A stretch of DNA of 22,521 nucleotides. Source: Candidatus Hodarchaeota archaeon. GTDB taxonomy: Archaea; Asgardarchaeota; Heimdallarchaeia; Hodarchaeales; Hodarchaeaceae. Every line of letters starts with the position of its first letter. Within the stretch, counting starts at the first letter, position 1. Location: NCBI GenBank assembly GCA_016840035.1, contig JAEOTC010000213.1, positions 1-22,521 on the forward strand, given 5' to 3'. Of the stretch, positions 8,236 to 16,400 are shown piece by piece. Both the position numbers and the translations under genes were made by a program. The notes under the pieces are model-generated. The model was not told the origin of the DNA, searched no databases, and saw only the letters and a program-made list of their open reading frames with translations.

Positions 8236-8421
8236 ATGGAAATAACAGACACAATTGTGTTAATTATGGTGATTCTTGCAGTTTTAATGGCCATATTTAA
8301 TGGATGGATGATAGATATGATTGGTGAACTCCCCCTAATAATTTTAGAGGTGGGGATGTTCATAGGAGTCATTTTCATTGCAGTTTTTGGTCAATCGATT
8401 TCAGGCTCCAAGAACAAATAA
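8236..8421 (+). CDS. Small 2-TM membrane protein (61 aa)
   Basis: Two hydrophobic stretches and a basic C-terminal tail. GAGG lies upstream of the ATG, and the ORF fills the gap between the ATPase and the convergent gene. Confidence 0.7.
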   Translation: MEITDTIVLIMVILAVLMAIFNGWMIDMIGELPLIILEVGMFIGVIFIAVFGQSISGSKNK

Positions 8422-8435
8422 AATTTAAAATCACC

Positions 8436-10877
8436 TTACTCTCTGGCTCTTTCTTTGTATATTATCTCGAAACTATATACTGATAGATTTTCTAGTTCAA
8501 TATTGATATGATCTTTTCCAAGAGAGAGCATTTTAGGTATAGTTACCTCGTGAGTAGCCTTTAAAGATCTGATCTTGTAAAGAAATGGTCTTCTGATTTC
8601 TGGATGTATAACTATTTGAGTTTTTATAGAAGTTTTTGTTGGATTAAAGATTAGAAAATTAAAATTATCATTAGTAGGTTCCACAACCGAGGTAAAATCG
8701 AAGAAGTCAAGATTAATGATGAGAATTTCTCTATTCGTTACTTGTGCAACACCTTCAAAGAGCAAGCAGAGCCATATTACCTCTCCTGCTCCATAACATT
8801 CTCGACCTAAGATCCCAGTTCTAGACCCCTTTTTAGAAGGTTCCTGACTGGAAGAAAAATGTGGTGGTGTTTCTAACATTTCTAAATCCTCAAAGGGAAT
8901 AAATGGACACTCTGTTTCTCTTCTCGGAGGATAAATGATATCAGCAGGTAGAATATTAGAAAAGTAATAGAAAGAATTAATGCGGATCAAATTAAAGAAT
9001 TTTAGGAGACCCATTGATATTAAGTCATATTCACCTGATTTAATGGCATATTTTAGAAATACTGTCCATGGATATACTGATTCCAGATTTTCTTTCATTG
9101 CTGGATATCGTATCCCGATGCAGGCCATAGGAAAGCCTATAATACACCTTTTACCTTTCCATTGTAGTGTGTTATCTTCATACCAATAAAACATTCTTAA
9201 TTCATCATAAATGACAAGCTTAGCATCATGAAGGTATTTCACATCCCCAGTTATTTTGTAAAGTTCTGTAAGTCCACTTACGCCATATGCAAGTTCCAAC
9301 GGTTCCCAAAATAATTCATCAGGAGAGTTTTTCATCAAATAGACGCTTGATTTTTTTGCTTCTTCTAAAAATTCCTGATTATTAGTGAAATAATAAGCTT
9401 GTATCATAATGTAGAGATAAAGGGCTATACAAGCATAATTTTTCGCAATTTTCTTCCACTTCAGATCCACCTCATCTCGATTTAAGACTTGAAATTGCCA
9501 TCTTTCATTATCCTCATCTTCTATACTCATAAACGGTTTGAAAGTAAAAGGGTCATAAAAGGCTGTAATCGCATATTTGTGGTGATAAACGAATTGTTGC
9601 GTAAAACCCGCCATTGAAATAAATACTATAAGAAGCTCTTTTACTAGTTCTTCCCGACCCTCTTCCTGAAGAAGTCTAATTAACCATCCAAACCTCGCAA
9701 TTGGCTCAAAAAAGTACCAAGAATCACCTATTGACATTTCAGATGGTTTACTTAATACAGGCTGACCATTATCATCTAGATGAACATTATTATATAGATA
9801 GTTTGTCTCATTATCAATAAATGATTTAATCGAGGTGCAAGTCTTCAAAACATGCGATTTTTGGATCTGATTTGGGAATAGTTTTAGATATTGGATCCAA
9901 GGAGGGAGAATATCTAACAATGTCATTGTTTCAAAGGCTTTTTTTCTTCCAAAAGCCTTCCTTCGCTGATATTCTGAATTTTCCATGACGTATGCGTGGT
10001 ATAAAGGTGATTTCGGATTTTCCCAGCACAGATTTTCTTTCATCAAGTCATTTATGCATCCTTTACTATACTTTCTCCAATTTAAATCATTCTCAGGAAA
10101 ATCAACTTTAGCTGGAAGGAGATCAAAGCATTCTGCAATTAAAGACTCAACAGCTTCCCACTTACTAGGTTTTTTCTCAAGTAATATATGTCTAATATAA
10201 AACTCAAAATTTATTTCAGTGTTAGGAGGAAAAATCAATGGTTTTTCTAATGGTACACGTTGTAGAAGTCCAAAAGTTTGATTTCTCTTATAACCACACA
10301 TATAATTTGAGAAACGTTCAATTAATTCAGAGGACATCCAATTCATTGTTGAAAAATTTATAAACAAAATTGTTGCTACTTGGGTTTCTGGATTCCATAA
10401 AAAGCTTGCAGGCATATCATTGGATTTCCATTCATCCGTCGGAGGAGTATGGAGAGTGGGTTGATTTATAGAAACTGGATCAACGATATGTGAGTGAATT
10501 GGAAGAATATCGAAAACAATCTCAGGAATAGCTTTGGTAAATTGAGTTTCATCAAAAAATCTCATTTTAAGGAGGAATTTAAACCAGATCTTTGATTTAT
10601 CTTGGAAATAAGGACTGGATTCTAAATTTATATCGATTTTACTTGATATCTGTTGATTAAGGACGATCTTATTGTTAAATTTCTCTTTAATTTTATAATT
10701 AACACTTTTTGCATATATTTTCTTCTCTCCATCCAAGGTTATCAGCGGGAACGAGAGAACATTAACCAGCTGACATTCATGTTTCATTCCTGATAATATC
10801 TTACACTTTGTTCCAATATTCTCTAAGTTCAAAAACTGATTTCCGAATATAAGCAAACTTTGTGTTTTTTTATCCAT
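8436..10877 (-). CDS. Large hypothetical protein with an N-terminal beta-rich region and a C-terminal (alpha/alpha)6 six-hairpin glycosidase-like toroid
   Basis: Helical hairpin repeats typical of toroids: IQAYYFTNNQEFLEEAKK and LTELYKITGDVKYLHDAK. Acidic/aromatic motifs DSWY, PFEDL and RECYGAGE. No signal peptide. The likely start is ATG 10877 (MDKK); the ORF track extends to TTG 10895. Confidence 0.65.
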   Translation of the reverse strand: MDKKTQSLLIFGNQFLNLENIGTKCKILSGMKHECQLVNVLSFPLITLDGEKKIYAKSVNYKIKEKFNNKIVLNQQISSKIDINLESSPYFQDKSKIWFKFLLKMRFFDETQFTKAIPEIVFDILPIHSHIVDPVSINQPTLHTPPTDEWKSNDMPASFLWNPETQVATILFINFSTMNWMSSELIERFSNYMCGYKRNQTFGLLQRVPLEKPLIFPPNTEINFEFYIRHILLEKKPSKWEAVESLIAECFDLLPAKVDFPENDLNWRKYSKGCINDLMKENLCWENPKSPLYHAYVMENSEYQRRKAFGRKKAFETMTLLDILPPWIQYLKLFPNQIQKSHVLKTCTSIKSFIDNETNYLYNNVHLDDNGQPVLSKPSEMSIGDSWYFFEPIARFGWLIRLLQEEGREELVKELLIVFISMAGFTQQFVYHHKYAITAFYDPFTFKPFMSIEDEDNERWQFQVLNRDEVDLKWKKIAKNYACIALYLYIMIQAYYFTNNQEFLEEAKKSSVYLMKNSPDELFWEPLELAYGVSGLTELYKITGDVKYLHDAKLVIYDELRMFYWYEDNTLQWKGKRCIIGFPMACIGIRYPAMKENLESVYPWTVFLKYAIKSGEYDLISMGLLKFFNLIRINSFYYFSNILPADIIYPPRRETECPFIPFEDLEMLETPPHFSSSQEPSKKGSRTGILGRECYGAGEVIWLCLLFEGVAQVTNREILIINLDFFDFTSVVEPTNDNFNFLIFNPTKTSIKTQIVIHPEIRRPFLYKIRSLKATHEVTIPKMLSLGKDHINIELENLSVYSFEIIYKERARE

Positions 10878-11100
10878 ATTAAGACCACACGACAAGAATG
10901 GATGATTAGTAGAAATTTCTATATGTTTTCAGAGAAAGAAATTGCTTTTATTTCTTAAAAATTCCTCTTCTATTCTATTTCCTGTCATTTCAAACCTCTA
11001 ATTTCATTCTATGCTTCTTTCACATATTTAATCGATTTTTCTCGATAATATCAACACTCGAAAACCCAAGATAGCGTGAATCATCACTAATTTTTGAGTG

Positions 11101-11116
11101 TAAAAAGTTTATATAT
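11101..11116 (+). promoter_or_regulatory. Archaeal BRE + TATA box for the OPT/FtsX/OPT operon
   Basis: TAAAAAG directly followed by TTTATATA (11108-11115) in a divergent intergenic region, upstream of the ATGs at 11174 and 11237. Confidence 0.65.
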
Positions 11117-11236
11117 TACACACATCGAAGGTACGGGTATCAATTCGAGAGGAAAAATTATTTTAATAGATGAATGGCGATAGCGAAGACTCGTAGAATA
11201 ATATATTCATCTTATTTTTTTGGAAGTGCAATACTC

Positions 11237-13435
11237 ATGAGTGATGATAGTCTCTGGTCAGACGAACCAGTTGTTGAGAAAAGCAAGGAAGATTTATTAG
11301 AAGAAGTAATTCCAGAAGTTCAATCTGGACTAACCCGTAGATCTTTTTTCATTGGATTTATTATCCTTCTTCTTTGGGGTCTTCTCACAATTTTTGCTGG
11401 AAATTTTGGTGAGGCACCTCAGATCCTTATCGAGGAAATGTCAATTTTGTTCCCATTCTTCTTACTCATATTTGGATTACAAGCCCTAGAGAAAGTCCGA
11501 ATACGCAATAAACAGCTTTCTCCTCAAGAATTAACTTTTATTTGGGCTATGTTGATTGTTGGGATACCAATTGCCAATTCTGGATTTATTGCAGGAAGAT
11601 TATTACTAAATGCCATGTTTACTCAACAAAGTGAACCGCTTTCTCCTCCATCCTCTTGGGGTGATCGGATCTGGTTTTGGGCACCTAGTGGAGATGAAGT
11701 CTATAGGGCATATGAAGGAGGTGCTTTTCCAAATATTCCAGAATGGATTATTCCTATTGCATTCTGGGGCCTAACTAGCATTGCATGGGCGTTTATGTGT
11801 TTATTCCTTATTCAGATTTTCAGAAAACCTTGGGTTGATGTCGAAAGATTAGCATTTCCATTAGCTCAGCCTGTTCAAGAGCTTTTAGAAGCCCCCCTTG
11901 CACCTTATGATAAACGTAGGAGAAGATACTTCTGGCTTGGAATCGGCGCGCTTCTCGGAATCGGTTGGTCATCATTCGAATTCTTACGAGTTGTATTTCA
12001 ATTCGATCTGTTTGAAGGAGTAGAATTCCCCTTTGATATTGTTCCAGGACGAGCATGGAGTACTAGGATCGATTTTGCTGAATTTGGAGTTCCTCCATTT
12101 CAATTGGGTTCTCTCTTCAAAAATGCTTATCTTGAAGCGAGACCTGAACCTGTTATGATAGCAGCATTCCTACTTGTATCTTTAAACGTACTACTATCTG
12201 GATTAATCTTCTATGTACTCTTTTGGGTAGCAATTCCTGTACTGGAAACAGAATTAGGTATTATTGACCCACCCACAGTGGTTGGCTCTCAACCGTACAT
12301 TGGATTAGGGTTTGCCCAAGAAGGAGGAATATCATTATTTGCCTTTGGAGAATTTGGAATGCTCTTTGGAGTCGCTATTTGGGCCGTTATTTTACAGAGG
12401 CGGTATTTAAAGAGGACAATTCAGGCAATATTTAATCCAGATATTATTGACGAAACAGGTGAACCCATTAGTTATCGTGCAGCTTGGATAGGATTCATAG
12501 TTTGCGCTATTATCTTCTTTTTCAGCTTATTCATGTCTGGCTCTCCTTTATTCGGCGCTCTCTATACAGTAATATTTTTAGTGATAGGATATATTGCTGG
12601 AGCACGATTAAGAGCAGAAACAGCAGGAATGGGAATTGGTCATCCTGGATATATTCATCTTCATGGAATTCACAGTGTTAGAGAGGTACTTGGTGGGCCT
12701 GATAACGCTCAGAATGCTGGATTTTATGTAACATCAATGTGGATGCAATTTTTTCAACGTGATGCAGCGCCTGCATCTCCTGCAATTTCATCTTTAGAGG
12801 CTTACAACATTGGCCGGGTTACAAACACACGCACACGAGATTTATTCCTAGGACAAAGCGTTGCTATCGTGTCCATAATCGTATTGTGTTTAATTGTTTG
12901 GCCGATATTTGCTTATTCCTATGGACTTGCTAACGAATGGAGTGGTGAGGCAGGACACAATCTTGATTATTCCGAAAGTAGTTTGGAACTAGCCACAGGT
13001 GGACTTTGGGATCATAAAAGTTATGGTCCAGAAATCTGGGGGCAAGCGATCCTTGGAGCAGTATTTGCAATAGGCCTTAATATCCTTAGATTAAGTCGAC
13101 CGTGGTTACCCTTCAATCCTGTTGCAGCACCCTTATTACTGAGTTTAAGAGGACCATATTGGTGGCTACCAATGCTTATTGCATATGTAATCAAATTTCT
13201 TGTCGTGAGAATAGGTGGTACGCGAGTTTATTCGTCTTCGTTACTCCCTGCGGCGGTAGGATATTTACTAGGAACTGCAGGCATATGGGGATTCACACTA
13301 GTAGCATTAATGATACCAGCGGTGTTCCCATTCATATTCTTTACCTCTATTGTGAGTTCAGGATATGACCTCCTTATCCTTGGAATCTGGCTAGTTTCTA
13401 TCTTTGGGATTGTTGTGATGATGATTAGGTCGTGA
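11237..13435 (+). CDS. OPT-superfamily-like polytopic membrane protein (DUF6785/DUF6784-like)
   Basis: Many TM helices. Motifs SGLTRR, LSPQEL, W.IP..FW, IFRKPWVDVERLAFPLAQ, RLRAETAG, PWLPFNP and KFLVVRIGGTRVY...P.AVG match my recollection of DUF6785/6784. The likely start is ATG 11237 (MSDDS); the ORF track starts at 11174. Confidence 0.75.
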   Translation: MSDDSLWSDEPVVEKSKEDLLEEVIPEVQSGLTRRSFFIGFIILLLWGLLTIFAGNFGEAPQILIEEMSILFPFFLLIFGLQALEKVRIRNKQLSPQELTFIWAMLIVGIPIANSGFIAGRLLLNAMFTQQSEPLSPPSSWGDRIWFWAPSGDEVYRAYEGGAFPNIPEWIIPIAFWGLTSIAWAFMCLFLIQIFRKPWVDVERLAFPLAQPVQELLEAPLAPYDKRRRRYFWLGIGALLGIGWSSFEFLRVVFQFDLFEGVEFPFDIVPGRAWSTRIDFAEFGVPPFQLGSLFKNAYLEARPEPVMIAAFLLVSLNVLLSGLIFYVLFWVAIPVLETELGIIDPPTVVGSQPYIGLGFAQEGGISLFAFGEFGMLFGVAIWAVILQRRYLKRTIQAIFNPDIIDETGEPISYRAAWIGFIVCAIIFFFSLFMSGSPLFGALYTVIFLVIGYIAGARLRAETAGMGIGHPGYIHLHGIHSVREVLGGPDNAQNAGFYVTSMWMQFFQRDAAPASPAISSLEAYNIGRVTNTRTRDLFLGQSVAIVSIIVLCLIVWPIFAYSYGLANEWSGEAGHNLDYSESSLELATGGLWDHKSYGPEIWGQAILGAVFAIGLNILRLSRPWLPFNPVAAPLLLSLRGPYWWLPMLIAYVIKFLVVRIGGTRVYSSSLLPAAVGYLLGTAGIWGFTLVALMIPAVFPFIFFTSIVSSGYDLLILGIWLVSIFGIVVMMIRS

Positions 13436-16400
13436 AGGTGAAAGTCAATGAGATATCTCAATCCCAAATTTACTTTTTTTTTTTAGTTCTAGTAGCTTTT
13501 TCAGCCTCTGCTAGCCTGCTCTATGGAATACAAGAATTAGAAGTAGCTGAAAAAAACGAGAATCCCAATTCAGTAACAGAATACGTCCCGACTTCCAAAA
13601 TTGAATCCATACAAGACTTTTTTAGCCTCAGTAATCAAATTAATAACACGAATTTCCCAAGAATTATCGACCATATATCAAATTTATCTAGTTATGGAAG
13701 TAGAGTAACTGGATATCCTGGTTATGAGATGGCTGCTTCATATATTCACAATTTTTTTGCAGGGGCTGGATTGGAAGGTGTTGATTACATAACATATCCT
13801 CTTATTGTCCCAATCGACAAAAATACGAAAGTTTCAATTAACGGGAATAATTATTCTGCATTTACTCTAGAACCAAACTCTGTCCATACTTCTCAAATTT
13901 CTCGAGGAGGTATTTCTGGGCCACTTATCTATGGGAAAACAGGAGAATTTACCGATTTAGATGGAAAAATTGTTAAAGATTCAATTGTAGCCCTAGAATT
14001 CAACTCTCGGGATAATTGGATTAATATTGCTGCTCTAGGAGCAAAAGGGGTAATATTTCTTGAAACCCTTGAATCTACTCGTTATGAGGCTGAATTAAAA
14101 AATATTGATGTTCCTTTAAACTTCCCTCGAATCTATATTGAGAATTCAACGACTTCAAACACCTTAAGAACACTTAGTACATTCAATAATCAAACAATCT
14201 CGGTCTATTCCAACATGGAATGGACCTCTATCGAAGCGAAGAACGTAGTCGGATATTTGCCTGGTCTAACTGAGGATACCATTGTTATTTCGTCCTATTT
14301 TGATTCATCGTCAGTGATTCCTGGTATTGCGCCAGGAGCCGATCAAGCATGTGGAATTGCTACCCTTCTGGAATTGATACAAATTCTCAAAGATAATAAT
14401 ATTTCCCCTCAACATCGAATCATGTTTCTTGCACTTTCTGGTCATCATCAGTCTGCTACTGGAGCACGTGAATTTGTTTCACAAAATTATGATATACTAA
14501 ATCGTCCAGAAGGTATTAAGCTATTTATCTCCCTAGATCTATCAAGTACAAACAATAAAATCGGAATTACTCCCTATGGGTATTTATATCGATTTAAACT
14601 TCAGTTTACCAGTGGAAATAATCTTTATGGCAGATTAAAAGACGTGGGAGAAAAATTCTTAGTGAGTTATGCCTCTGATATTAAGGCTGAAACAGGCTAT
14701 GATTTTGATGTTGCCTCCTATATCGCTCTACAAACATTTGAAAATATTGCTCCTATCACCTTTTTAGGTGATCAAGAACCCTTTGTTGCGAGTAATGTAC
14801 TGGGTTTATCATTTTTTACAGCCGAAACAAACAGACTTTTGTTTCACACTCCGATGGACACATTAGACAAAATTAAACCGGATTTACTAAAATCACAAGT
14901 TGTTTATTCAATCTGTGCAATAAGTGAACTTATTTCTGAGGAAAGTCTGGATAATTATCTGGATTTACAACCTTCCTCCTTCAGTATTCGGCACAAAAAG
15001 CATGTAGGATTTGGTAATATAGAGGGATATTGTAAAATATATAATGAATCAACAGGATGGTACACAAACGTACCTAATGCCTTGATTAGAATTACTTCTC
15101 TTGATACCCGAACAGGAGCAGCAGGATTTTATTCCTATATTACTCAGGCTGATGAATCCGGTTATTATAAGGTAAGGGGAGTATCTTCTTCTCAACCTGA
15201 CAATGTTTTGAAGTTTAGAGCGGAAGCATACCAGTTTGATGAAGAAGGAAACATCATCAAAGGAATAAATTTAGGTCCACGAGGACAATCCTTTGACCCC
15301 AGTAAGAAGTTAACTACGAAAACAATTACTATCAATCCAACAGTATTCGAATGTGGATCGATTCAAATATTCGGAGTGAATCATCCTTACACTCAAGAAC
15401 CTGTTGCTGGAACAATAAATTATCAGATAATTCATCCTGATACGCGTGCCTCATTCTTTTCATTTGGATTCATTGGAGCTGATTCAGTTAATGTTGTATT
15501 TATCCAGCCAGATTCTCCATCTGTTCTCGTAGGTGAGTTACCTGATGGAGTACTAGCTGTTTATGTCACTAATTCCGATACTGATGTGTTACGTGGGAAA
15601 GGAGTCTCCGTAAATACAGGGGAAACAGAAAATTTAGGTTATATTGCATTTATTACGGCACGAGATTTGCAGGCTATGACTCAAACTTACGTAGATTTGT
15701 ATACTTCATTCAATATTTACAATGCCCTGGTAGATGATACACTCCATCGATCCTTGAACTCATCTGCTGCTGCAAACTCCTTTCTCTTGTCTTTGAATTA
15801 CTCAAAGGCAATTGTGGCTATTACACAGGCTCAAACTTGGTCATATGATGCTTTCAAAGGAGCAAGGCAAGTCATTGAAGATGGGACCTCAACTACCATT
15901 TTTTTCGCAATTCTTCTGCTTCCTTTTTCCTTTGCAGTAACTTCCCTCTTGTTCAATTTTGACTCAGGAGTAAAGAAGATAATTACTACTGGTTTGATCT
16001 ACGGATTTACATTACTTATTTTCTATTTTATTCATCCAGGGCTTCATCTTTCATCAAATATTGCTATGGTCATTTTAGGTGTTATTGCAATCATTTTTGT
16101 TTTTCCTGCACTTTATATGATTTATTCGGAAGGTTATGATTTCTTGAAAAATTTAAGGGTAAGGTTAGTTGGTTCTCATTTTGCTGATACATCAAGAACT
16201 TCCACTGTTCTGATTGCCATGTCTACAGGTATCTCAAGAATGAAGAAACGTAAAGGAAGAACAATTATTGCCCTTTCGGGTATAATTCTCATCACCTTCT
16301 CGCTAACACTATTCACCTCAGCGAGTACACAAGTAAGTGTTTTTACTAGAGGAGTCGAAACGACTACATCGTATGAGGGTGTCCAGATACGAACAAAAGA

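Noticed and set aside
8436-10895. LanC-like cyclase (RECYG resembles the LanC WCYG motif; toroid fold)
   Set aside because: No CHG or GxAHG zinc motifs are visible and there is no dehydratase or kinase partner. A glycosidase-like toroid is the simpler reading.
11174-11236. N-terminal extension MAIAKTRRIIYSSYFFGSAIL as a real signal peptide
   Set aside because: The hydrophobic core is too short, and ATG 11237 gives an acidic N-terminus parallel to the second OPT paralogue. It is not fully excluded.
14275-15250. Direct orthology to the eukaryotic nicalin-NOMO (BOS) complex or gamma-secretase
   Set aside because: An M28-like domain plus a carboxypeptidase-regulatory-like domain is suggestive, but both are widespread and no presenilin- or TMEM147-like gene is visible. 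Kept only as a resemblance to test.
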